From assembly GCA_014376425.1 (NCBI GenBank), contig JACMRO010000324.1, positions 1 through 33,904 on the forward strand: DNA of 33,904 bases, in the 5' to 3' direction. The notes below the pieces were generated by a model. The model saw only the letters and a program-made list of their open reading frames with translations. It was not told the origin of the DNA and searched no databases. This DNA comes from Rubritepida sp. (GTDB lineage Bacteria; Pseudomonadota; Alphaproteobacteria; Acetobacterales; Acetobacteraceae). Positions 1 to 11,100 of this stretch are shown here, in pieces; the first letter of the stretch is position 1; every line of letters starts with the position of its first letter. Position numbers and translations under genes: made by a program.

Positions 1-310
<310 letters not shown>

Positions 311-384
311 TGGGTCAGATTTCAGCCGGCGTTGACATTCGAGGCGCTGGCACAGGCAAGCTAAACTCGGTGTCCATCGAACCG

Positions 385-490
385 GCAGCAGGCCAGGATA
401 TCCGCACCATGGGGACCGCCAGTCTCATCACCGGCCTACCGGCGGTGGCTGTAGACGTGTTCCGCCACGCGCGGACCGGTGGCTATCGTG
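385..490 (+). pseudogene. Possible fragment of a TauE/SafE (TSUP) membrane protein
   Basis: GQDIRTMGTASLITGLPAVAVDVFRHARTGGYR resembles the 'DI(K/R)xAGTASxxxxxPxxxxGxxR(H/Y)' segment of TSUP exporters. It is short and recognised from memory only. Confidence 0.3.
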
Positions 491-720
491 CCGTGCCTCA
501 CAACATCGCCCTACTGCCGCTACCACCCAGATGCCCGAAGCTGAGCGGAATGGACAACGTTTGAAAGTTCATGCGCGATAACTGGGTGTTTTGGAATTGC
601 ACAAATATTGTAGCTCATTAATGCTACTATTGTAACCGCCTCGTCGATCCGCCTTGGCGTATTATATCCAGCGCATTGCGTAATTGGGCACATGGGTTCT
701 GCTCAATGAAATTGATATAA
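490..720 (+). pseudogene. Decayed IS630-family transposase C-terminus and right end
   Basis: VPHNIALLPLPPRCPKLSGMDNV*KFMRDNW...NRLVDPPWRIISSALRNWAHGF matches the IS630 C-terminal pattern (LPPxxPELNPxENVWQFMRDNW...PWRIMSIGLRxWAH). It has in-frame stops and is AT-drifted. Confidence 0.75.
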
Positions 721-894
721 TGGATCCTGAGCCCAGTGGAATTACCGTTTTTTCAAAGGTTATACTCTAATGTATACTATAAAAACTACCGGCGCGTAGT
801 GACGCATGTGGCTTAGATTGGCCACGCCCACGACCTGGTCGCCAGCACCTCAACCAAGATCTGCTCGCCATACTGCAATCTGATGCTGCAACAG

Positions 895-1938
895 CTACTT
901 CGGATGTACCGTTCGCGCCCGCCAAATTTCCAAAAAAGTTTGGGCTCCACCAACAATAAGAGGTCCCAAAATGATCCCCGACGGGCCGAATAGAAGCAGG
1001 CCACCGACCACGGCGATGAACGATGGCACCGTGTGCAGCATCAGGAGCTTACCGACTAAAATGGGATAGAGGACATTGTCGACCAGCCCGACGACGAGGG
1101 TACCCCAGGCCGTGAGCAGGATGGCGGATTGCAGATCCCCATTGAGGGCAAGAATAATCGCAGCTGGCGCCCAAATCACGAATGCGCCCAGGAACGGCAC
1201 GACGCCGAGAATGCCCATCAACACGCCCCAGAAAAGCGGAGCAGGCAGATCGAGCCACCAAAACATGGCGCCACCAAGCCCCCCCTGGAGCACGGCTACT
1301 GCGGCCGTGCCATATACTGAGGCAAATATGGTGTTGGTGATGCGCACCGTCAGCCGATTATACTCAGGCTCGGTTAATGGTAACACGCGACCTATTGCAG
1401 TAATCGCCAAGTCACGATCGCGTAGGGCATAGAACAAGAAATAGAAAGTCAGAAGCAGGGTGATCAAGCTTGAGACAGAGCCCTGTACGAAAGAGCCGCT
1501 CCACCGGGCAAGCCAAGCTGTGCTGGCCTGAAGCAGCTCCGGGATGTTGAGGTGTTCGACGGCGGAGTGGATGGCGGGAGCGAGGCGTGGGTAACCGTCG
1601 ATTATCCGGGTCCAGTTTCCTGCATCGAACAGCGGTCTAAGCCGTGGAGCACTATTGGCTGCTTCGTCGAGCAGAAGGCTGGCGACAGTGATGGCCGGCA
1701 CAACAACAATGCCGGCAACGATAGCCACGGTTGCCGCAGTAGCCAGTCCTCGCCCGGGTAGGACTTTCCGCATCCAGGTGTCGAGGGGCGCAAAAAGGAT
1801 CGCCAGGGTGAACGACCAGACGATCGCGGGGAGAAATGGGGTGACGATGAAGGCGCAGAGGATGGCAGCTACGCCAACGACAGCGCTGAGCATCACGGTC
1901 GAGAAGCTTGAGCGGTGTGGAAAATCGTCGTTGGACAT
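895..1938 (-). CDS. AI-2E family (PerM/UPF0118) transporter
   Basis: About 347 aa and multi-TM, with PFLPAIVWSFTLAILFAPL, FYFLFYALRD, GLVDNVLYPILVG and FGPSGIILGPLI. ATG at 1938 is preferred over the ORF-track start at 2127. Confidence 0.9.
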   Translation of the reverse strand: MSNDDFPHRSSFSTVMLSAVVGVAAILCAFIVTPFLPAIVWSFTLAILFAPLDTWMRKVLPGRGLATAATVAIVAGIVVVPAITVASLLLDEAANSAPRLRPLFDAGNWTRIIDGYPRLAPAIHSAVEHLNIPELLQASTAWLARWSGSFVQGSVSSLITLLLTFYFLFYALRDRDLAITAIGRVLPLTEPEYNRLTVRITNTIFASVYGTAAVAVLQGGLGGAMFWWLDLPAPLFWGVLMGILGVVPFLGAFVIWAPAAIILALNGDLQSAILLTAWGTLVVGLVDNVLYPILVGKLLMLHTVPSFIAVVGGLLLFGPSGIILGPLIVGGAQTFLEIWRARTVHPK

Positions 1939-2242
1939 CTGAAGGATCCTGAGGTCAGAGGCGGCGGAACGCGGAAACGCCGTGTGTTTGATCAATGCTG
2001 CAGGAGAAGCTGCAATGATCCAGCATAAAGGCGCGGGAGACGGCGACCACCAAGCTGCTCTCGATACGCGATCAGGTGAACAACACGCGTCTGAAGTAAG
2101 AACGCCGGCACCTCTCTCGGATTCCACAGGATCAAGCAGCTTTCACCTGCTCCACATCGGTTCAGAATTCGGCCAAAAACTCCTTCTCAGCCACCAGGTT
2201 CGGCTGCCCAATCAGGCTCGTAACCCTTCACTGCCGGCAGAC

Positions 2243-3331
2243 TTAAAAGCCAGGGTCTCGCAGATCTTTCTTCGTCGCCCGATACGCTCTCTGCAGCGCA
2301 GCCAGGCGGCGGCGTTCGACCTCCTGCGCCGTCCGGTCCTTCGTCAGCTCTAACGTCGCGAGTTCCCGGCCTAGCTTCTGGAAATGCGCCCAGCGCTCGC
2401 CGTCGAGCACGCCTTGGTCCAGCGCGTCGCGTACCGCACAGCCGGGTTCGGTGGTGTGCCCGCAGTCGCGAAACCTGCAACTCTGGGCCAGGCGCTCGAT
2501 GTCGTCGAAGACCGTGCTTAGACCCGCATCAGTGCCGATCAGGCCCACCTCGCGGATGCCAGGCGTGTCGAGGAGCAGCCCTCCGCCAGGGAGCAGGATG
2601 AGTTGACGATGGCTGGTGGTGTGACGCCCCCGGGCATCCGATGCACGGATGTCCTGGGTTGCCATCCGCTCCTCACCCAGCAGGGCATTCACCAGCGTGG
2701 ATTTCCCAACGCCCGAGGAGCCGATCAACACGCAGGTCTCGCCCGCCTTGATATGACCCAGCAGGCCGTCCAGCCCAAGGCCCTGACGAGCCGAAACAAC
2801 CACCACCGGACAGCCCGCCGCCAGGATGGCTATCTCAGCGGCCGGGCCCTCGGGTTGCTCGCACAAATCGGCCTTGGTCAGCACCACCACAGGCCGTGCA
2901 CCGCTCTGCCAGGCGGCCGCGAGGAAGCGCTCAAGCCGACGCGGATTGAGGTCCGCATTCATCGAGGTGACGACGAAAACGACATCGATGTTGGCGGCTA
3001 TGACCTGCAGTGTTTGCACGCTGTCCGCCGCCCGACGCACGAAGGCTGTGCGGCGGGGCAGGACGGCATGAATGATGGCTGTAGTTTCGCCGGCGTTTGC
3101 AGACAAAGCCACCCAGTCGCCGGCTGCCGGATGGCCCGCCTCCCGAGCCTCGTGACGCAGGCGCCCGGACAGCTTGGCGCTCAGGTTGCCGACATCTGTC
3201 AGCACCAGATTCGCTTCGCGCTGTTGGACGATGATGCGCCCGGGGAGGTAGCCCGCGCGGGCATGCGGCTCAAACTCCAACCGCAGCGCATCGGACCAGC
3301 CATACTGTTCAATCAAAAGCTGCACTTTCAT
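2243..3331 (-). CDS. rsgA: Ribosome small subunit-dependent GTPase A (RsgA, long form)
   Basis: Circularly permuted GTPase: TKADL (G4), GSSGVGKST (G1), GRHTT (G2), DTPG (G3), a CRFRDCGHTTEPGC zinc finger and an N-terminal OB-like AGDWV segment. The start codon is uncertain. Confidence 0.93.
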   Translation of the reverse strand: MKVQLLIEQYGWSDALRLEFEPHARAGYLPGRIIVQQREANLVLTDVGNLSAKLSGRLRHEAREAGHPAAGDWVALSANAGETTAIIHAVLPRRTAFVRRAADSVQTLQVIAANIDVVFVVTSMNADLNPRRLERFLAAAWQSGARPVVVLTKADLCEQPEGPAAEIAILAAGCPVVVVSARQGLGLDGLLGHIKAGETCVLIGSSGVGKSTLVNALLGEERMATQDIRASDARGRHTTSHRQLILLPGGGLLLDTPGIREVGLIGTDAGLSTVFDDIERLAQSCRFRDCGHTTEPGCAVRDALDQGVLDGERWAHFQKLGRELATLELTKDRTAQEVERRRLAALQRAYRATKKDLRDPGF

Positions 3332-3379
3332 ATTGATGTGTTGTTGTAGCACCGACCGGGCGGCAAACCGTCCCTTTCC

Positions 3380-3760
3380 ACTTGGCCGGGACCGTCATTG
3401 GCCTGACACGGCGCGAGGACTGGCTTTTTCGAACCAGCCACGGGGCTACGCCCTGGCGCCGCTCTGTCGCTTCGGACTGTGCGGGTCTGCTGCGGCAAGG
3501 GGTCCTGCTGCCAGGGCGGTACTGGCTGCTGGCCCCCCTGGCGGCAGTGCCGAACGACCTGACCGTCCGCGGCCTGCGGGCCAAGCTGGCCGAGTGCTGC
3601 ACCCGTGTCAGCCACGATTCCGTCTGGCGTTGCCTGCATAGGGCCCGGCTGAGCTTCAAAACCTTGCGCGCCGCCGAGCCAGACCGGCTCGACGTGGCCC
3701 GCAAGCGCGGGCGCTGGTTGACCTGGCCCGCCTAGCCTAGGGTCGACGTCGCGATCCCGG
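3380..3760 (+). pseudogene. Decayed IS630-family transposase, N-terminal HTH part
   Basis: DLTVRGLRAKLAECCTRVSHDSVWRCLHRARLSFK-TLRAAEPDRLDVARKRGRW resembles the IS630 motif 'DLTxRxLxAELxxRGxxVSHxxVWRFLxRxGLSFKK...AxEQDRxDVARRRxRW'. No DDE domain follows. Confidence 0.75.
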
Positions 3761-3843
3761 TGCCAAGCGATAACAAGATCTGCGCCACAAAGAGATGGCG
3801 ACAGGCTCCATCGACGAGTGGGCTGAACATGCGTCCTGCTTTC

Positions 3844-6189
3844 TCATTCGATCCGCGCGGATCGAAGCCGGAGCGCATTACCCACGACGCTCACCGAGGA
3901 CAGCGCCATCGCCGCCGCTGCGATCACTGGCGACAACAATAGACCGAAATTCGGATAGAGCACCCCGGCTGCGATCGGCACGCCAACAGCGTTGTAGGCG
4001 AAGGCGAAGAATAAGTTCTGCCGGATGTTACTCATCACCGCATGTGACAGGCGCCGTGCCCGGACAATGCCCATCAGGTCCCCCCCCAGCAGCGTAACCC
4101 CCGCACTCTCGATGGCGACGTCGGTGCCAGTACCCATGGCAATACCAACCTCGGCCGCGGCCAGGGCAGGAGCATCGTTCACGCCATCACCCGCCATGGC
4201 CACCCGTCGGCCCTCGGATTTCAGCTTTTCGATGACCTGCTGCTTGGCCTCCGGCAGCACCTCCGCAATCACTTCCGTAATGCCAAGCCGTTTTGCTACC
4301 GCATCAGCGGTGGTGCGATTGTCGCCGGTCAGCATGACGACCCGGATGCCCTCAGCAGCCAGCGCCGCGAGGGCAGGCTTGGTGCTGTCCTTTACCGGAT
4401 CCGCCACGGCGACAATCCCTGCCCCACGCCCATCGATCGCTACGTAGAACACGGTCGCGCCTTCGCCGCGCAGCCGCTCAGCCTCGGCGTCGAGGGCGCT
4501 GACGTCGACGTTTCCTTCCTGCATCAGCAGCGCATTGCCCACCGCGATGGCGCGGCCCTGCACCCGGCCGGTCACGCCGCGGCCAATCGGTGCGTCAAAG
4601 CCTTCAACGGCAGGGATTTCGAGCTTGCGCTGTTGCGCCGCGCGGACGACGGCTTCGGCAAGCGGGTGCTGACTGGGCTTTTCCAGCCCTGCCGCCAGCC
4701 GCACCAGCTCAGCCTCATCGGTGCCCGCCGCGGCAATGACGGCAACCACCTCCGGCCGCCCCTGGGTCAGCGTGCCGGTCTTGTCGACAACCAGCGTGTC
4801 GATCCGTTCCATGCGCTCCAGCGCCTCAGCATTCTTGATCAGCACGCCTGCCTGGGCGCCCCTGCCCACGCCCACCATAATGGACATCGGCGTCGCCAGC
4901 CCCAGGGCGCAAGGGCAGGCGATGATCAACACGGTCACCGCCGCGATCAGTCCGAAGGCGAAGCGCGGCTCAGGTCCCCAAACAGCCCAGGCGGTGAAGG
5001 CCAGAACCGCCACGGCCATGACCAGTGGCACGAACCAACCGGCGACCTGATCGGCCAGCCGCTGAATCGGCGCGCGGGAGCGCTGCGCGCCCGCCACCAT
5101 CCGCACGATCTGCGCCAGCACCGTGTCCTGGCCGACGCGGTCGGCCCGCATGATGAAAGCGCCCTGCCCGTTCAGCGTGCCACCGATGACCTTCGAGCCT
5201 GTTGCCTTGGCCAGCGGCAGTGATTCTCCCGTCACCATACTCTCGTCAACATTCGAGGCGCCCTCCAACACCTCGCCATCCAGTGGCACCTTGTCGCCGG
5301 GGCGCACCCGCAGACGGTCGCCGACCGCGATGGCGGCCAGCGGTACCTCCTCCTCCATGCCGTCCGCACCCACACGCCGCGCCATGACCGGCGCCAGATC
5401 AAGCAGCGCGCGGATCGCGCCGCCCGTACGCTCGCGCGCCCGCAATTCCAGTAACTGGCCCAGCAGCACCAGCACGACGATCACTGCCGCCGCCTCAAAA
5501 TACACAGCGACAGAGCCATCCGGCGCGCGGAAGGCCGGAGGGAAAATCTCCGGCGCAAACGTAGCCACAACGCTGAATACCCAGGCGACGCCGGTGCCGA
5601 GCGCGATCAACGTGAACATGTTCAGGCTACGGTTTACCAGGCTCTGCCAACCACGGACGAAGAACGGCCAGCCCGCCCAGAGCACGACCGGCGTGCCCAA
5701 CGCGAATTGAATCCAGTTACCGACCCGCGGCCCTCCCACCAGGTGCATGATCCCGGTGAGGTGGCCGCCCATTTCCAGCGCAAACACCGGCAGGGTCAGC
5801 ACCAGGCCAATCCAGAACCGGCGGGTAAAGTCGATCAGCTCCGGGTTCGGACCTGCCACCGCGCTGGGCACTTCGGGCTCCAGCGCCATGCCACAGATCG
5901 GGCAGCTTCCCGGTCCAGGCTGACGAATCTGCGGATGCATCGGGCAGGTGTAGATGACGCCGGGAGCGACCGGCTCCGCCTTCAAGGTCGCGCGAGGCTG
6001 GAGATACTTACCTGGGGTCGCAATGAACTTCGTTCGGCACCCGGCTGAGCAAAAATGATAAAGTCGGCTGTCGTGTTCCGCATGATGAGCGGTCTTCGCC
6101 GGATCGACCTTCATGCCGCAAACCGGGTCCAGGACCAGTGCTGGATTGCTTTCGGCCGCGTGGTCGTGATGGGTGTCAGCGACGCTCAT
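3844..6189 (-). CDS. copA: Cu(I)/Ag(I)-translocating P1B-1 ATPase with N-terminal YHS and heavy-metal-binding domains
   Basis: [14 protein letters not shown] (YHS), [46 protein letters not shown] and MALSS. ATG at 6189 overlaps the upstream stop (ATGA); 781 aa. Confidence 0.93.
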   Translation of the reverse strand: MSVADTHHDHAAESNPALVLDPVCGMKVDPAKTAHHAEHDSRLYHFCSAGCRTKFIATPGKYLQPRATLKAEPVAPGVIYTCPMHPQIRQPGPGSCPICGMALEPEVPSAVAGPNPELIDFTRRFWIGLVLTLPVFALEMGGHLTGIMHLVGGPRVGNWIQFALGTPVVLWAGWPFFVRGWQSLVNRSLNMFTLIALGTGVAWVFSVVATFAPEIFPPAFRAPDGSVAVYFEAAAVIVVLVLLGQLLELRARERTGGAIRALLDLAPVMARRVGADGMEEEVPLAAIAVGDRLRVRPGDKVPLDGEVLEGASNVDESMVTGESLPLAKATGSKVIGGTLNGQGAFIMRADRVGQDTVLAQIVRMVAGAQRSRAPIQRLADQVAGWFVPLVMAVAVLAFTAWAVWGPEPRFAFGLIAAVTVLIIACPCALGLATPMSIMVGVGRGAQAGVLIKNAEALERMERIDTLVVDKTGTLTQGRPEVVAVIAAAGTDEAELVRLAAGLEKPSQHPLAEAVVRAAQQRKLEIPAVEGFDAPIGRGVTGRVQGRAIAVGNALLMQEGNVDVSALDAEAERLRGEGATVFYVAIDGRGAGIVAVADPVKDSTKPALAALAAEGIRVVMLTGDNRTTADAVAKRLGITEVIAEVLPEAKQQVIEKLKSEGRRVAMAGDGVNDAPALAAAEVGIAMGTGTDVAIESAGVTLLGGDLMGIVRARRLSHAVMSNIRQNLFFAFAYNAVGVPIAAGVLYPNFGLLLSPVIAAAAMALSSVSVVGNALRLRSARIE

Positions 6190-6659
6190 GGCGGTACTCC
6201 GATCGGGTTGTGGCGGTCCACCATGTTTCGCGCCGCCAGAAGGCTGAGCGGTGGCAGAAGAAGCCATTGCAGCACCGGTGAAAGCCCCGTGCCGATGATC
6301 GGCAGCAGCGGCATCGCATCGGCATAGGCCCAGGTGCCGCGCCATTCGACGTTCAGCCATTCGCTGAAGATTGTGTAGGCGAGACCGAACAGGGTGGTGG
6401 CGACGAGCACGCGCCGAAAGCCGCGCTCGGGCCAGTACCACCCCCTGGTTAGCACGATTGCGAGCGTGAACGAGGCGGCGGCAATCAGGCCATCGCCAAC
6501 CGTGCAGTGGAGCACCGCAAAGGCGATTTCGCCCGGGCTGCCGTTCCGCCACAGGGTGTAGAGCGGCATCTGCGCAGTTTCCCAAAGCAGGTTGGCCGCA
6601 ACAAACAGCAGCATGGCGCGTACCGGCAGCCGCCATCTCAAAAGCGGGCGCTCCATCAT
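6186..6659 (-). CDS. Uncharacterised ~4-TM membrane protein in the copper cluster
   Basis: Hydrophobic helices with [18 protein letters not shown] and [19 protein letters not shown]. It is translationally coupled to the ATPase; the start codon is uncertain. Confidence 0.75.
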   Translation of the reverse strand: MMERPLLRWRLPVRAMLLFVAANLLWETAQMPLYTLWRNGSPGEIAFAVLHCTVGDGLIAAASFTLAIVLTRGWYWPERGFRRVLVATTLFGLAYTIFSEWLNVEWRGTWAYADAMPLLPIIGTGLSPVLQWLLLPPLSLLAARNMVDRHNPIGVPP

Positions 6660-6666
6660 GCCACGT

Positions 6667-6855
6667 TCAGCCCGTGGAGCTGCGGGAGGCGTGCGGAACG
6701 GCGTCCCCATGGTCGTGATGCATGATCAGATGCGTCAGGCGGCACAGCAACAGAATGCCGTAGGGCAGGATGTAGACCGTCACCACCAGCGCGAAGCCTG
6801 TTGCGACAGTTCCCGCGCGTGTGCGCCACCAGCATGTCGCGCCCTCAGTACTCAC
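6667..6855 (-). CDS. DUF2933-like small His-rich membrane protein, probably degenerate
   Basis: WWRTRAGTVATGFALVVTVYILPYGILLLCRLTHLIMHHDHG resembles DUF2933 (…LPY.LLLxCPLMHLFMHxGHG), a family often found beside Cu ATPases. It lacks the central EHxxH segment; the start codon is uncertain. Confidence 0.6.
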   Translation of the reverse strand: MSTEGATCWWRTRAGTVATGFALVVTVYILPYGILLLCRLTHLIMHHDHGDAVPHASRSSTG

Positions 6856-6874
6856 CGTGCCGGTATGTTCGATG

Positions 6875-7486
6875 TCACGGCATCCCCATCCGCATGCCAC
6901 GGAGGTGGTCGGCCATCAGCTCATCAGCGGTGCGGCGCTGCTCTTCCGAAAGGGCCGCATAAAACGGTGCCGCGGTCGCACTGATCGCACGCATTGCTTC
7001 CAGGCCGGCAGTTAACAGTGCGATGCGCCGCTCCATCTGCTGTGGTGCGGCGCCGGGTCCGGTGGTGCCGCCCATGGCCTGCTGGGTTGCCTGGCGAAGC
7101 TTGTCGCTCTGGGCGCGAACAGCCTCTGCAAAGGCGTTCCATGGGGGAAGTTGGGCGTCCGTGATCCTTAGCTCAGCTCGGAAATAGGCCAGCTGCCCCT
7201 CGATCCGGCGAAAGGGCTGCACCGACGCAGCCGCCATCCGGCTCTGCATCATCTGCTGCATCATGCGGCCCATGTCGCCGCCCATCATGCCGGTACCCGG
7301 ACTGGCTGTGCCAGGGACTGGCATGCCCTGCTGAACTGGCGCCATCTGCTGCGGGGCGCTGGCGGGAGCGGCGGGATGGTGGGGATCGGCTGGTCCTCCC
7401 GTCGGGGCCGGTGCCTGCGCGAGCGCGGTCCCCGCTATCCCGCACGCCAGGAAAGCCGCGTTTGTGAAAGTGCTGAGTTTTTTCAT
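6875..7486 (-). CDS. Periplasmic Spy/CpxP-family (LTxxQ) protein with Met-rich region
   Basis: Signal peptide (…GTALA|Q), MMGGDMGRMMQQMMQSRM, LRITDAQ and LSEEQ motifs, and a Met-rich C-terminus. Confidence 0.85.
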   Translation of the reverse strand: MKKLSTFTNAAFLACGIAGTALAQAPAPTGGPADPHHPAAPASAPQQMAPVQQGMPVPGTASPGTGMMGGDMGRMMQQMMQSRMAAASVQPFRRIEGQLAYFRAELRITDAQLPPWNAFAEAVRAQSDKLRQATQQAMGGTTGPGAAPQQMERRIALLTAGLEAMRAISATAAPFYAALSEEQRRTADELMADHLRGMRMGMP

Positions 7487-8016
7487 GATTTCCCCTTTTT
7501 GCTGTCAGTCACTTGGTCGGATGAGCCAGAGATGGCGCGCGTCCAAGTAGCGTGTGAGTTTAAGATTTTTGCGAACTTACGCATTGATCTTGAGCAAAAA
7601 ATCCCTTTTCGTCCGCGGGCCATCGAAGTCTGGTCAGGATTCTTGGCAATTTCGCGCTCCTGCGCTGCGTTTACAGCGGTCGCCCGACCCCAACTTCCGC
7701 ATCACCGCAACGCGAGGCCGCTTTCGGCGTTGCGTGTCGCATTGTGACAAAGGTTGCACGAGGCGGGGCTGGCCGATCCTGTATTGCGTCTGGCAGGAGG
7801 CAGGCGGCAAATGGCCAAGCACCGGAGTACTTTTTCCTCGAACGTGCCGACTGTCACCAGCAGTGAGGCAGCGATTTTGGGTGGAAGGCCGGCGCACAGC
7901 ACCACTGGTGTGGCGCACGCAGCCATGGGAATAAATGGACGTCGACAGGCCGGTGAAGATCGACCTTTTCCCACGAAAGCGTGGCTTTAGCCGAGCGCAC
8001 GATCCGCAAAAGCAGC

Positions 8017-8053
8017 AAGCCGCGCGAACCGTGCCGCACTGCTTCGGCGGCTT
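8017..8053 (-). terminator. Stem-loop downstream of the glucan synthase gene, possible terminator
   Basis: AAGCCGC..CGAA...TTCG GCGGCTT imperfect inverted repeat, followed on the minus strand by GCTGCTTTT. Confidence 0.4.
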
Positions 8054-8192
8054 GGGGCGGGAGGCCACCCCGCCTAGCGGATGTCATCATGCTGCGCTGG
8101 CAGGACACGACGGGCGAAACCACCGTGCCGTCTCGCCGACTTGGGAGTGGTGGCGGCCGCGTCGCCAGCGCTGACTGCGGCGGTGGAACTGG

Positions 8193-11100
8193 TCAAGCTT
8201 CACCAACGCCGGCCACGGCAGGCGATACGACGGTGGCCGCCAGTGGCGCGCGCGGCCCAAGCCGTACCAGCAGCCGGTGCGTCGTGCCGTCGTCCTTCAG
8301 GGCCAGGCGTAGCGGCCCGGCGGCCAGTAGGGTGCCATCGAGCGTGGCCTGGGCGATGCCACGCTCGAAGCCATCAGGGTTTTCGACGCGGATTTCGTAG
8401 CGCGCCGCACCATGGCGCAGCGTCATCTCGAAGCTCGGCCAGGCAGCCGAAATGCAGGGGTCGAACAGCAAAACGTCGGCCTGCACGCGAAGCCCCAGAA
8501 TGCTCTCCACCCCGGCCCGCTGCATCCACCCCGACGAGCCGGTGTACCAGCTCCAACCGCCACGGCCAGTATGGGGCTCCGTGCCGCTCACGTCGGCCGC
8601 CACGACGTAAGGCTCGACCTTGTAGCGGTGCGTGTCGGAGCGCGTCCGGGCATGGTTGATCGGGTTCAGCATCGCGAACAGCCGGCTCGCCTTTCCACCT
8701 TCGCCGAGTGCGGCGAAGGCCATGACCAGCCACAGGCCGGCATGGGTGTACTGCCCGCCATTCTCCCGCACGCCGGGCGGGTACGCCTTGATGTAGCCCG
8801 GGTCTCGTTCAGTCTTGCCAAAAGGCGGCGTGAACAGCAGTGCCAGCCGTTCCTTGGGCCGCACCAGTTCGCGCTCGGCCGAAGCCATGGCGTGGGCAGC
8901 GCGTATCGGATCGGCCGCGCCCGACAACACCGCCCAGGATTGGGCGATGGAATCGATCCTGCATTCCACGGCAGAGGCGGTACCGAGCGGCGTTCCGTCA
9001 TCATAGAAGCCGCGCCGATACCAATCGCCGTCCCAGGCCTCGCGCTCGAGTGCGGCCTGCAAATTGGCCGCATGGGCGCGCCACGCCGCGGCGTGGGCCA
9101 CGTCATCGCGTACTTCCGCCCGCCGGGCGAAGACGGTGAAGGCGCTGTGCAGCATCCAGCCCAGCCAGACGCTTTCGCCCAGGCCCTGTTCGCCGACCCG
9201 GTTCATCCCGTCGTTCCAGTCGCCGGTGCCCATCAGCGGCAGACCATGGCTACCGACCGCCATGCTTTGATCGAGTGCGCGGGCGCAATGTTCGAATAGG
9301 GTGCCCGTCGTCTCGCTCGCCTCGGGCTGAAAGAAGCGCTCATGCTCGCCGGCCGCAAGCGCCGCGGCTTCCAGGAACGGCACCTGCTCATCGAGGATCG
9401 CGGTATCGCCAGTGGCGGTGACGTAGTGGTCCACCGCCAACGCCAGCCAGCCGCGGTCGTCGGAAATACGGGTGCGCACGCCCTGCCCCGAATGTGGCAG
9501 CCACCAATGCTGCACGTCGCCCTCGACGAACTGACGCGACGCCGCGCGCAGGAGATGCTCGCGGGTCTCGATGGGGCGCGAGGTAACCAGCGCCATGCCG
9601 TCCTGCAACTGGTCGCGGAAGCCGTAGGCGCCGCTGGCCTGGTAGAAGCCGGCCCGCGCCCAGACACGACAGGCCAGCGCCTGATACAGCAGCCAGCCAT
9701 TCAGCATGATGTCCATCGGCCGGTCCGGCGTGCGAACCTGGATGCGGCCCAGCACATTGTCCCAATGCACCGCCACGCTCTCCGCCACCGCATCGAGGTC
9801 CGCGCCGCGGTATCGCGTCACCAGCTCGCGCGCCGCATGGGCGTCGGTCGCCTGGCCCAGGAAACAGACAATCTCGACGCTGCCGTGCGCCGGCAGCGTG
9901 ACCCGCCTGCGCATCGCCCCGCAGGGGTCAAACCCGCCGCCGACAGTGTTCGACAGCGGCGCCCCGCTGGCCACGGCGGCCGGGTCCGCCAGGGAGCCAT
10001 TGCGGCCGATGAACTCCCGCCGATCGCCGGTCCAGTCGGTCTGCCCGCCCCGCAGGTCGAGGAAGGCGATGCGTGAACCGAAGGGGATGTTCCACGGATT
10101 GCGCGCGAACATCGCGCCCGTCTGTGGATCGATGGCGGTGGTGATGAAGGGCAGCGTCGCCGACCGCGAAGGGCCCAGCACCCATTCGACATAGGCCGTG
10201 ACGCTCAACTGCCGGGGCCTCGCGGAGCGGTTGGTCAGGAGCAGCCGCGAGATCTTGATGCTGTCGCTGAGCGGCACGGATTGCGTCAGCTCTGCCCGGA
10301 TGCCGTGAGCCTCGTGTTCGAAGCGGCTGTAGCCCCGACCGTGCCTTGCCAGATAGGTCAGCGCCTCGTCCCGGATCGGCAGCGCGGTTGGCGTCCAGAC
10401 CGCGCCGCTCTCCTCGTCGCGCAGGTAAAACGCTTCGCCCGGGCGGTCCGAGACGGGGTCGTTCGACCATGGTGTAATCTGATTCTCGCGGCTATTCGCC
10501 GCCCAGGTGAAGCCGCCGCCCTCAGTCGGCACGTGAAAGCCGAAATGCGGATTGGCCACAACATTGATCCAAGGCGCCGGGGTCGACTGGCCAGGGCCGA
10601 GGATGGTCACGTATTCGCGGCCATCCTTGTCAAAACCGCCGAGCCCGTTGAACAGCTCCAGCGTCGGCGGCGGGGGGACGGGCGGCACCGCCGCGCGACG
10701 CGTCAGGGCAGAGAGCACCGGCACAGGGAGCGTGGTCGCCCGTGCTGCCGGTGCGCTTCTGCCCATCTGGTCCGCCAGGCTGCCGCGCCGCGCCACCAGC
10801 ACGACCCGTGCCGCGGCGCTGAGCAAAGCCCGCGCCTCTACCGAAATCAGGTCGGCCCGCAGGACATAAACCCGGCCCAGCCGAGGGTCACCGCCCTGCT
10901 GCACGCGGCTGGTACGGACCAGCCCCTCCAACGCCTCCTGCAAATCCTGGATGTAGGAGGACTGCCGGTCGTTCAGGAAAACGATGTCAACGGCGAGCTG
11001 CTTCGCCCGCCAATACTCGAAGGCCCGCATCAACTCCCGCGCTACGCTAAGGTGGTCGGTCTCGTCGATCCGAAGCAGCACGATTGGCAGATCGCCTGAG

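Noticed and set aside
560-810. AT-rich stretch as a replication origin or CRISPR leader
   Set aside because: It is mostly explained by the decayed IS630 remnant, and there are no iterons or repeat-spacer array.
6190-6636. 148-aa N-terminal extension of the Cu ATPase in the ORF track (930 aa)
   Set aside because: It overlaps a credible membrane-protein gene in another frame. The ATG at 6189 has an ATGA overlap and precedes the YHS domain.
7800-7880. LLVTVGTFEEKVLRCL resembling a SNF2 helicase C-terminal motif (minus strand)
   Set aside because: Too short, and there are no adjacent helicase motifs (e.g. QAxDRAHRIGQ).
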